DNA of 63,970 bases, counting the filler, from Craspedostauros australis (taxonomy: Eukaryota), in NCBI GenBank assembly GCA_030167865.1. It is 12 parts of 12 records of this genome, joined end to end, with 100 filler letters (N's around TTAATTAATTAA, not from the genome) between each part and the next. Parts side by side here need not be neighbours in the genome. Positions count along the whole stretch, not along the records: positions 8,673 to 14,114 come from JALAGF010002443.1; positions 14,215 to 32,794 come from JALAGF010002444.1; 10 more parts are not named here. The stretch is one strand, 5' to 3'. The translations under genes were made by a program, and so were the position numbers. Each line of letters starts with the position of its first letter. The first letter of the stretch is position 1. This document shows, one piece after another, positions 11,301 through 22,343 of the stretch. A model generated the notes under the pieces. It searched no databases, was not told where the DNA came from, and was given only the letters and a program-made list of their open reading frames with translations.

Positions 11301-12719
11301 CTAATTACTCGACGAGCAGAGTTGTCGAAGGCCATCCAGGATCGCATCAATCATCGATGTATCTTTCTTTTCCACATAGCGGGCAGAAACATCATCAACT
11401 CGGACGAGCCGATCCGCTCTCTTGTTATCCCACGCCTGTTTCAACGTCTCACTGCCCTGCAACAGAAGATGGAAAGTCTCGCTCCTGCGAGTCATTCTAC
11501 CCCGACGTTTCCTTGTTCTGATCAGCATCTTCCCAAACAGGGCCAGTGGCCGTGACCATGTCGGAAGGGAACACAGCACTGCTCTCACCTTGTTGCGATG
11601 ATTTCGCCGCAAGATACGTTTAACAAGTGCCTTGTACACACGGCCATGCTCGTTGGGCGGGCGTGGAGAAATGTGGAGATAAGTGAGTTGGGTAGTCTGC
11701 TCCAAGGCTTGCTGAAGTGCTTCCATTTGTGCCGAGAGGGTATCAGGCTGAACCTCAAACCTGCCGGGATACCAGATGTCCGAGTATGCCAGAAATGACA
11801 AGCTCTTGTTTCCCAGGAGCGATATCAATGCATCGAATCTTGTATCCTGCTCTTGTCGCGAACACCCTTTCCAAATATCGCAAAAACTGAGCTTCTTCAG
11901 GTGTGATGAATCTGAAAGGAGTTTGATGATCTGATCGATTTCTTGTTGTGGGTAGGTTCCATGGCGGCTGCGCCCCCCACAGAAAATGATGCTGAGATTG
12001 TTGATGCGATTGTTTGACTGGAATAGCTTTGCCAAGCCATCGCAAGTGACTCGGGTGCCCGAAAAGGATACTTTGGTGACGTTGCAATTGTTTGGAGACA
12101 GCCATCTGCACAAATCAGCGCCCCCATTGGCGAGCTTGCAGAAACTAAACTCAACGTGTTTGGAGTTTTGGGAGATGTTGAACATGAGCTTGTCGCAACC
12201 AACAAGATCACATGAATGCAAATTCACACCATGTGTCACAAGAGGAATATCGTGGAGCTGCTTCATCTCCACGAAGCATTGAGTCAAGCCGATGTCTGTG
12301 TCGAATGAAGATTTGGGTGGATGTTTGGCAGCCACTCGGAGTACGAAGCGAATCGCTTGCTTGTCTTCTTCTCCAAATTGGTCATCGTCGCCGAATTCCA
12401 GATATAGGTATCGAATACGCATCTGCCCACAGATCCTGTGAAGCTGATCGCTCAGTAGAACAAGAGGTGATAAAGCAACGTGCATGTGCCGCTTCACCAT
12501 CGATTTCAAGTCATCAAAAGTGAATCCTGCTTCGATGGCCATGTCCCAATGTTCCATCCGTTTGGGTGTGACACTGTGGCAGTCGATCTGCTCTACTTCT
12601 GGGCACTGCACAGTGAACACGGTCTTCGATGACAGCTCTTTGCCATGGAGCTGTTTCCAGAATGCCTCGAAGTGAGGGTCATGGTTGGTGTTGGCGACAT
12701 CATCCATGTTGCAGTTCAT
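11301..12719 (-). CDS. Diatom RNI/LRR-like protein, 472 aa
   Basis: Intact ORF with degenerate LxxLxL repeats (INNLSIIF, LKKLSFCD, LTYLHIS) and a C-terminal ILRRN...LALFGKML...TFHLL motif typical of expanded diatom LRR-like families. Confidence 0.7.
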   Translation of the reverse strand: MNCNMDDVANTNHDPHFEAFWKQLHGKELSSKTVFTVQCPEVEQIDCHSVTPKRMEHWDMAIEAGFTFDDLKSMVKRHMHVALSPLVLLSDQLHRICGQMRIRYLYLEFGDDDQFGEEDKQAIRFVLRVAAKHPPKSSFDTDIGLTQCFVEMKQLHDIPLVTHGVNLHSCDLVGCDKLMFNISQNSKHVEFSFCKLANGGADLCRWLSPNNCNVTKVSFSGTRVTCDGLAKLFQSNNRINNLSIIFCGGRSRHGTYPQQEIDQIIKLLSDSSHLKKLSFCDIWKGCSRQEQDTRFDALISLLGNKSLSFLAYSDIWYPGRFEVQPDTLSAQMEALQQALEQTTQLTYLHISPRPPNEHGRVYKALVKRILRRNHRNKVRAVLCSLPTWSRPLALFGKMLIRTRKRRGRMTRRSETFHLLLQGSETLKQAWDNKRADRLVRVDDVSARYVEKKDTSMIDAILDGLRQLCSSSN

Positions 12720-13715
12720 CCGTTTCTTGTTGTCACTGTCGTCGCAGTTGTTACGGCTGATGCCGATTGTTGCTGATTATTGTTGATTGTGGCACAATCG
12801 TATGAGTAGAGCTGATAGAGCAGGCAGAGTATGTAGAGTAGGTATGTGGTCCCAAATCAGTTGCGCTTGGATGGCGATTGTGAGCTCATCTGATCAAGTT
12901 TGCTGTCCTCCATTTCATGATCCTGTGCATTCATCACGAAGCAACGTGTCGTCAGTCAACACACCTTCATGGACTTGCGCAGTTCCACCACTGTGTATGG
13001 TATGGTGTGGTGTGGTGTGGTGTGATACGACCGTGGACAGCCACATCACAACCCGAAGCTGGCTAGCTCGCTCGCACACACGATACGACCTTCGATGGTG
13101 CCCAACTTGTCCACGCTGTGCAGTTGTGCCTCTTCATGTGATACCATTGTTTGCGTCACATGAGTAGGCACATCCCTCTGTGATGATCTTGGGGGAGTCA
13201 ACCATTGTGCCATACGCATGCATACTATGTACTTCGGCAGTTGGATGTCATTGAACGACTAGAATGGGCGGATCCACGATGTGACGAATCCACCACGATG
13301 ACTTCTTCCGTGGAAATCAGAGGCATTTCTCACGTTTCGTCGAGAGGATGGTGACGATGACGACAATGATGACACCACTCGTGTTTCAATCGACAACAAA
13401 CGTATCCAGGACTCATCTCGCCCCACCCAATCATTGCGAATTCTGTGGCGACGATGATGGCCATGGTGGTGCTTCTGCAGACATCGCTGCAGAATACTGA
13501 CACAGATCGTCACAACCACAACGGTCACATGATGATCACCGTTGCCATCAAGCGTCTATCCACAGAGTACGATACCAACTCTCTCTCTCTCTGCTTCCAG
13601 AGAGAGACTTCGAGCAATGCCGGCTGGTTGACTTGGTTCCTCTCATTGATCGCCCAACCACAGAGACAGCCACCACCAGAAGAATCACAACATTGGCAGC
13701 AATGACAGAAACGAC

Positions 13716-14114
13716 GTGGTTGAGGCATCAAAAGAGGATGGTTGGTGCCATCTGCACCGCGTGCATGGTGGTGGCAACGAACTCACTGTCATCCCCGTCG
13801 TCCCCGTCATCCTCACTCCAACACAGAAGCGAAGCAGTAGCAATGGGAGTGGGAATGAGAATCACCAACCAATACGAAAGATTGCCGTGATCGGCGGTGG
13901 CATCGCCGGTCTCTCCTTGGCGCATGCCTTCGACAACAACAGCAATAACGACACCAACGGCAACAACGTCGCTTGGAAGGCATCATCCGAGGCCAAACGC
14001 ATCCAGCAACAGATGTGACAGCAGATCGACGATGCCAAGATCCCCACGCACACCACAAGGCCCATCATCGATCGACTCATCGACAATGCCGATCGTTTCT
14101 TCGAGTTGGGGATC
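13716..14114 (+). pseudogene. FAD-dependent monooxygenase pseudogene, copy 2, with an internal deletion of about 850 bp
   Basis: KIAVIGGGIAGLSLA joined directly to NVAWKASSEAKRIQQQM*. Same TGA (14016-14018) as copy 1. Truncated by the contig end. Confidence 0.85.
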
Positions 14115-17100
14115 NNNNNNNNNNNNNNNNNNNNNNNNNNNNNNNNNNNNNNNNNNNNTTAATTAATTAANNNNNNNNNNNNNNNNNNNNNNNNNNNNNN
14201 NNNNNNNNNNNNNNATGCTGTATGAGGCCAGCGCAGAACAGAAATGGCTCAAAACCATCACCAAATCATGCATGACGAAAGCCATGGCAACGCAGTGGAG
14301 TCGGCATCGGTGGTGTATTGCTTCAAAAGATGCATCACAATGCATTCGTTGACAGGAGGATGATCAGGAACCACGAGCAGTTGATTCCTCTATTTGTGTT
14401 GGCGATTTGCGTGCATGGAACAGAGACACCGAATGCATGAGTGTGTGTATCGTGCCTGCCGGATGGCAACGCAAGCGAGTCCAACGCCGAGAACCATTCG
14501 GCGCTGTGTGAAGGGCGTGAACGACGCAGAAACCAGGGACGAACCAAGCCGCCACAACAGGCGCCACCAAAACCAAGGAGCACAAACGCCGACAAAAGGA
14601 AGAAAGACGACAAACACGAGCTCTGCTTGTTCGAAATCAGCTGTGTGGAACTCGCACAGAAATACTATCGATACTACTTGCGTTGAACTGCATTTTCGCA
14701 ATAGTGTTGGTCATTTCAGTCCAACGTTGGGGAAGCAATCCGTGAACAAATGAAGAAAATCCGCTCTTTTTTTTGAAGTCCGCATATTTCTCCTGCTCCC
14801 TGGGGTCGTCGTGCTTCGTTCCCAACCGAGCAAGCGAAGAATGCGGCAGAACCTTCGCCGATCTTCCAACGACCAAAGATACGTTCAACTCAAGCAGTCG
14901 TGACCTGCGCATGTTGGTTGTGTGGCAAGATACCCCGTGAACTGATCGTGTTTGCAGTCTTGAAACGTGATATTCGATCCATATACCCTTGAGGTAGTAC
15001 TATTGAATGACTGCTTCGATCACCAAAGCAACTACGTCGACATTCAAATCAAATCGTCACATGAAAAAGAATGATGCTGGTGGTGCAAAAACGGACAAAA
15101 GGAGTCCCCAGAGAACGTTCAGGGAGAAAGCCGATCACGGACGGCAACAACATATAGCCGGCAAGGTAAAAGGATCCCTTGTTTCTGTATCTTTCTGGGT
15201 GGCCTTCTGGTCGCTTTGGGCACAGGAATTTACGCACGATTGTGTTGCGAATGATACAACATCGACAAGGTCAAAAGCGCCAACTCGACAAGCCGACAAG
15301 CCGAAGGGCGGAGACAACGAACTGTGGCGACTAGGGGCGTAACATGTACACGTCCGCAGACAATGATCCGTGTAACAAGATTGTTTTGTGCGTACAAGTG
15401 TCAGGCGTACGAGCAGTTTCCAGATGACGTGGGACCGTTGAGAACTGAAGGGGCTCATGAAAAAGCAGACAGCAAGCCCTTCGCTTTCTTGGATGACAGT
15501 CTCTTTGCCTTCTACAGCATCATGTCGCGATCCGGTCGGGTCTTGGCTTTCATAATCATGTCGGTGAGAAGTTGGAAGTTGTCTTTGTTCTGATGCCGAG
15601 TCATCGAGCCGACCAGCCTTTTGTAACGTGAGTGGCACTGTTGTGCTATATCGAGTTTTGCATATACAAGCACGCTCATCTAATCTCTTTTGTCTCCATA
15701 GCAGGAGAAAATTAACCAGAATCTCAGAGGCTATGTCTTAAGTTTTATGGACCCATCACCGTGCTCATTTCCAACCACTTCTAGGCTCCAGTGGTAGACA
15801 CTAGACGAGAAACCGTGAAAGCAACAACTTCAAAGACTAGCGCGAATGGGCACCTTGCTTCATTCGCCCGGAACACTAAAGAACTTCCATCGGAATAAGT
15901 CGATTTCCACGATGTCCCGTGTCGCAGAAAAAAAAACGTGATTTGGATCATCGTTTGGATGCCACGAGACACAAAAAAGAAGCATTTTAGTCCACATAAT
16001 TCTGGGGGAGATATCGTTTTATCGTTTTGTTGCAGAGCGCCCAACTTCAACTGGGCAGAGTTCGCACCAAGGGACAACCTGAAATAGTACATGCTCGGAG
16101 AGTGCGCAACAGACGAATGTCAGGTACTGGCATCGCAGCCCTGTAACAAGTACTTCACGCCCTCTCTCCGAAGAGCACAGTGGATTGGTTCGTACAAACA
16201 CTGGAGCGAAAATTCGGCGCAGCAGGTTGCAGTCTTTGCCACCGGTGCCGCTTGTCCGCTCCCTCTGGAAATTATCCTCAGATCATCCCCTTCGGAGTTA
16301 CTCATCCCAGTGGTTTTCCAGTGCTGCAATTTTCCGAGATACATGTGCTGCATTGTGTCATGTGGGTTGCTCAGTCGCTCTGTCGGAGATCATGCCATTT
16401 CTGTGACGGCCAGCTGGCTCACTTAACGAGGTTCTCATTTGTGCCCTTGCCGCGAAATTTCCATGACTTCGACTTTGTCAATGGCGACCAACTGACCAGC
16501 GCGACTTCCTTGCGGGTGCTTTGTGCTTTGTTGACATCGCCTGACAAAATGCACCAAAGGGAAACAGGATCACAGGACATCGGAAAACGTCGCGTCTCAC
16601 CAACACGGGCGAACACGCAGAGAGCTTCGCTGTCGCGTCAGGGCACTGGATGCGCAACAACGCCTCCATAATTAGCCGCCACACAACGAGACAGTGCGTG
16701 CAGTGCTCGCAGCGTCTGATAAGAAATGGAGTGTTTTTGGCTCCGCCAGAAATAGCCCGTGCTTGGTGGTTTGTGTGTTTGTTTCAGCGGTTCGTGGAGG
16801 TGCTGCATCGCGGCACGAACAGGCGCAGAGTGAGTTTCCTTGACAACGCGAAACCGATGCGGACCACAACAAAACGGCTGTTTCTTCCCGCTTCCGAAAG
16901 TTTCTTTCGTGTTTTATGGCACCCAACGCAGGGAAGCAAGAAGCAACGCAAAGGCGAAGCAGCGGAGCCTCGGGCAATTTCACGAAAAACAGTCGTGGGA
17001 TTGCTCTGTGAAACTGGCTACATCACGACAACCAACCACGACAACGACAAAAGATCGCACAAGCGTTACCAAGACCACCCAAGCACAGTTCAAACACAAG

Positions 17101-17233
17101 CCCGGTTCAAACACAACTTCAACACAATTTGAATTTCACTTCATCAACTCGTTGCCTCATCATCTGTAATATAATACCACCATCAAGTTCTCAAGACAAG
17201 CACAGCACACGAGCTACCAATAATACAGCAGAG

Positions 17234-18820
17234 ATGGAACGCGTGGACAACGGATGCAATGACATCGACAATGTCATCATGAACGGCATCATGAACTCCA
17301 TCCGCAACGGCATCGGCAACAGCGTTGGCAACACCATCAGCTCCAACTGGAGCCGAATTGGCCAATTTCCAATCCCAGCTCAGAACCAATTCCAAGGTTA
17401 CGGGAACTGCAGTGCTCGCAGGATGCGCACCACGAGGCAGTTCGTGAGGCGGCAGACAGCCATCATGGACACCTCCGTCAAACTGATGAACCAAGGCGTC
17501 GAGCTGTTCGTCCAGGGTCGAGATCGACGAGCGGTCGAAGTGCTCACGTCGGCTCTTGCCACCTCCAGACGCTTTGTGACTCGCAAACCCAGCAAGCTGC
17601 AGTTCGGGGCGGCGCCCTTTCGGTGGGGAAGCGAAGCGTCGAGCCGGAGCAAGGCGGGAAGTCCTGATACAACAACGACAGCAGCAACGACAGCAGCAAC
17701 TGCTACTACTACGAGCAGCACCGTGCCACAGACATCACAGACGCCGCTGCCAACCAACGCCAAGGATGGCCACCGCTTCCACCCCACTCCGATTCAGACA
17801 CAGTCACAGTCACCAATGACGAAATCTCCGCCAGCTGCTGGCGCGCGGAGCACAAGCGAAGCCAAGATCCTCATCCAAGGGCAGAACGCGGCAAGAGCAC
17901 CTTCGTCACAGGCCACGCCATCCCTTCACACGGACCACTTCAGCGTCAACGCCAACGTGGACATGGACGAGGTCGTCATGTTTGACAACTTCCACGTCGC
18001 GTTCCCCATCCACAAGAAGGTGCAGCAGGACCATCAACAAAAGCAGCAGCATCAGCAGCAAGATCTGCAACACCCAGCATCGCAATCGTCACTCGCCCCC
18101 TGTGATGCCACGATGTCTTCGCCGTCCTTCTACATGTACAACAAGGCCTTCACTCTGTCACCGGAAGAAATCAAGGCTGCGCGGGACTACTATCACATCG
18201 TGCGCAACGTGGAATTCGAATGCGAGTACGATGACGACGAGGACTTCCTTCTGGAGGAGGAGGACTTTGAGGCGCTGGCAATGTCCATCGAGGGCGAGTT
18301 CCTCGATCTGGTCCTCCCGATGGTCTCCGCTTGCATCGTGTACAACATGGCGCTGCTCTTCGACATCCAGGCACGTTGCATGCGCACGTTGAGCAACCAC
18401 GATGGCCACGGCCAGAGTCACATCCAACACAGCCCCTCCAAGGCATCCTACTTCGCACGCAAGGCGCACACGCTGTACAACTCGGTGTTGCGGTTGCTGC
18501 AGCAGGATCAGTGGCTGGCATGCGGAACGGCCGCCCTGCTGCGGCTCGCCGCGATGAACAACCGCGCAGTCCTCCGACTCGAGCATCGTCTGCCTGGTAT
18601 GCAGACGAGGATGACGGCGTCGCTGCGCAACACTGCACAAACACTTGTTGCCATGATCCGTTACATCGACAAGCACTTCCGACCATCCGCCAACATCAAC
18701 AGCAACTGCGGCTCCTGCATGAGCAAATGCGAGATGGACAGCATATTGCTCAACACGTGCCTCTGGATGATGGACAACCAATGCAACACCGACCATCCGT
18801 ACTTTGCTACTGCTGCATGA
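17234..18820 (+). CDS. Diatom-specific helical (TPR-like) protein of unknown function
   Basis: Long ORF with coding-like codon bias. Motifs MNQGVELF, YMYNKAF, ACIVYNMALL, AAMNN and C-terminal ATAA resemble an expanded diatom family. Start at ATG 17234 is inferred. Confidence 0.8.
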   Translation: MERVDNGCNDIDNVIMNGIMNSIRNGIGNSVGNTISSNWSRIGQFPIPAQNQFQGYGNCSARRMRTTRQFVRRQTAIMDTSVKLMNQGVELFVQGRDRRAVEVLTSALATSRRFVTRKPSKLQFGAAPFRWGSEASSRSKAGSPDTTTTAATTAATATTTSSTVPQTSQTPLPTNAKDGHRFHPTPIQTQSQSPMTKSPPAAGARSTSEAKILIQGQNAARAPSSQATPSLHTDHFSVNANVDMDEVVMFDNFHVAFPIHKKVQQDHQQKQQHQQQDLQHPASQSSLAPCDATMSSPSFYMYNKAFTLSPEEIKAARDYYHIVRNVEFECEYDDDEDFLLEEEDFEALAMSIEGEFLDLVLPMVSACIVYNMALLFDIQARCMRTLSNHDGHGQSHIQHSPSKASYFARKAHTLYNSVLRLLQQDQWLACGTAALLRLAAMNNRAVLRLEHRLPGMQTRMTASLRNTAQTLVAMIRYIDKHFRPSANINSNCGSCMSKCEMDSILLNTCLWMMDNQCNTDHPYFATAA

Positions 18821-21800
18821 ATGGGGTTCTCAATACGATATGGGAGAGTAGTAAGGCAATGCATTATATCATAGAGTAGGGTATTCCATTACACATGACG
18901 CCAATGCGAATCCAGTAGAGTATGACCTATGTCGAAGGGGGCACCATGCTCCTACTTGCTGTTGGTCCACACCATGCTATGCGCCCGCTATGCCTCCAAC
19001 TTGCTCTCGTTGACGCCACCAGATGGCTTGGGAATGATCGCAATTCGCTTCGCAACGTCAGCATCGATACACCAGTGAACGAGAACGTGAAGTGTCAGCA
19101 CACCAATGGAGTACTCTCTCCTGCTCTCTCTCTCCCTCTCTGGGGAGAGAAAGGACAGACTTGCACTTGCACAGAGTTCCACAACACTCGACTTGCATGG
19201 TGCCATACTCTCGCTCGCTCGTCAAGGAATCCAACCATCTGTCCTTCCAGCCACTCACAGAATAAGTCTGGACAGTACGACTATGGCAAATACTCTATAC
19301 TCTATAGTGCACAACTTGTTCCTTGACTAGTTGTGTTCGGGGGCCAACAAGCTCTTCGCAGTCCTTCTATTGGTTCCAATTACTCTTCTCTCCTCTACTC
19401 CACTTCCGCGGCAATACTCCCAGATCCACCGACGGTGGCGCCGCCTTCGGCCATCGAGCGAGGGACGCGTAATCGTTAGTCCCACCGACCGGCGATTGCG
19501 ATCCGGAGAGGTCTCCCATGCACGCCAATAGTTGCGGGATCGTCAGATGGATGGTGAATCGAGGCGCACCGGTGGAGACTATCTCATATACTCCTCTGCA
19601 AACAGCATGTTCTGCTTGCGTGTGGTTACCCCGATTCTGCAGCTTGTCTGGATGCGTCCATGTTCATGTTCATGTTCATGTTCATGCAGAGTCAGAAGCA
19701 AAGGGGATGGAACAAAAAGTGTTGAAAATGGGTCTTGTGTGTGCGCGTCGCGGGTCCACCACACAGAACCAACTTCGCCCATTGGCGAACGAACCCACCC
19801 ACCCATCTTGTTCGCTGGTGGTGTGTGCTGCCGGTGTAATTTTTCCCCTTCCTCGAACGTCATTGGTGCTTTGTTTATGCTATTTCATCACACATGTTGT
19901 GATCTTTATCCAGCTTATGACTTCGAAGTATGTTATGCCTCTGGCATCTGCTCATTTGTTCGCTGTTCCACGACGATCACATGAAAACAGAGGTCGGCGG
20001 CCAATGCCTTCACACATCGCCCAGCCGCGACATGGTCGACGAAGAACAAAAACTCACAACTACTGTTGGGTGGATCCGTCGCTCTCCTCCCAACGGAGCC
20101 AGTGGGAGGCACAAGGACGTTGGCATCCACACAGAAAGGGATCAGAGACCTTAGTGGAAAGCCTCAAGGGGGATAGCCTTCACAACTCTTTGTTGGAGTA
20201 TGTCCCTTGACGGCACCAGCTGACGAGTGACGGTCTGCAAACGAAGCTCAGCTTCCGTTGAAAATTGAGACTTTCGTGTGACTGAGGAGCCGTAGACACC
20301 TCTTGCTGCTGCATCACTTCCCTTGCCTCGATTTGCCGGGAGAAATTGTGTTTGGTACCGCTGAAAATTGATGGTGAAGGAGATGGTCAATGCTCGGGTG
20401 GATTTGAATGGTTGGATGCATCACTTGTTTGTGTACGCGTCGCACTCGAAGCAGCGAGGAAGGATGCGAAAAGGGCTACAACAGAGCGGAGTCCACGTAC
20501 GAGGTTTGCAATGCAAACCTTTTGAAATGTCTGCAACAAGTATAGCACGATCAATGATGGTCTTCCGTATGTGAGACTCTCCCAGTCAATCTATGTACGA
20601 TTAGGCAACATTGTACCTATTCTATATATTATATGTTATGTATTGCATCAGGATCACTGCAGACACGAGAGAGGTGATGGCGAAGTACATACTATACCTG
20701 TGTATTCGTGAAGCAACAACACCACTCACACGGAGGAATGCATCAACGGAGGATCACGCAATTGAAGAAACGCTCTCGGAAGCGCGTGCGGTCGCCATGT
20801 TCGTGAAGGGGGACGATTCGGCATCTTTGACCCAAACACCAACAAGATGGAGAAAGAGAGAAGCAGCGAACAAGTGTATGTACGAGAGGTGATGAAGGCA
20901 CATGAACGCTGTTGTCGCAAGACGATAAACCCTCACACCAGCGTAGCTTCTGGACGTGGATTCCCGAGGCGAAGTGATCGTGGCTCATTGGCATGCGTCT
21001 CTGGGACGTCGGTGACTCAGACAGATGAGGCGAATACCACGGAGAGAGGCACATTCGTGTTGAATCATTCATTGGCCGTTTCAAGGTCGCTGGATGATTC
21101 ATCACTGTCTTTCAAGACCAGTGGCGAAAATTGAAGATGACATCACACACCCACGACCTGGTTTCGCTTTGTCGAGATATGAAAATCACGTGTTTAGTTC
21201 GTCCATCGTACGTAATGTCCCGACCACGATTTGTCGGTGATATTGTTTCTCCGAATCAAGCCAAATGCGAAAAAGATGAGTCACGTTCACACAGGAACAG
21301 TGAGGCCTTTTGTCCACGTTTGATTTAATACGTGACTCAATTAAGCCTTGAGATGACTCTCGCTGTGAAAAATCACACCGTTCGCATGTTGTTCTATTCA
21401 TCGAGTCACGTGAAAAGTGACCCATCTGATTGAAAGTTTGATTTCGCTTGTCCTTGTTTTGGACATTTTTCGTCACGCTTTTGCCGTTGCATTCCAGTTT
21501 GAAAGAGACTGATGACAACGCGAGCCGACGATGACCCTCTTGCAGTTGGAGTCGTAACGAGTGTGACATGTGACCGACAACGACAACAACAGGCAAGACA
21601 TCGGAATGTGACCATCAATGGCAAGACACTCGTGGCCGAACCAACGATAAAATCTGGCGGACGCAACACACACACGGGCAATGCCGAGAGCACACCACGC
21701 CAGGCTTCCTGCATCTCCGCACACTTCGCCATCTTCGTGCATGCCGGCAACATTCCATTCCTTTTGTCCCCGTCGCGAGCGCAGCGAGTGGGGACGAGAG

Positions 21801-22244
21801 AGAAGACACGATAGAAGACAGCGCAGAAGTGACACAGAACGTCAAAATACAAAACAACACACCAACAACACACCAAGAACGACAACAACGACAATCGCGA
21901 TCACAGCAACAACACCATCCGCCAAAACTTGGACAAGACTCCTCATTTCTCAACTGTTCCGTTCTCTCCATTCTCACTGCTGGTATTATCACGAGTGTAT
22001 CCATTGCATTACATTACATCACATCATATTATATTACATTATACTTGCATTGCAGTCCACGACAAGATACGAGTACCATACACGGAACCCAGGCTGAATA
22101 CGACAGTACGCGGTAGGGCTTTACATGCAAGGCACTAGTTGCAAAGAATTCTCGCAACCGGAACAACCAAGAAACAAAGTAGCACAACGCAAAGCGAGGT
22201 CAAGTGAAGCAGGCTTCTCTGCCCACATCACAGTCTTCGCAGAA

Positions 22245-22335
22245 CAAGTCAAAGCACAAGTCAGAGCACAAGTCAAAGCACAAGTCAAAGCACAAGTCAA
22301 AAGCACAAGTCAAAAGCACAAGTCAAAAGCACAAG
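22245..22335 (+). repeat. 12-13-bp tandem repeat (aagcacaagtca) just upstream of the kinesin start
   Basis: About 7 copies visible. Confidence 0.85.
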
Positions 22336-22343
22336 AGAATAAC

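Noticed and set aside
22125..22343. N-terminal extension of the kinesin (VKAQ repeats)
   Set aside because: Translation of a CA-rich leader minisatellite. ATG 22344 gives a normal motor N-terminus.
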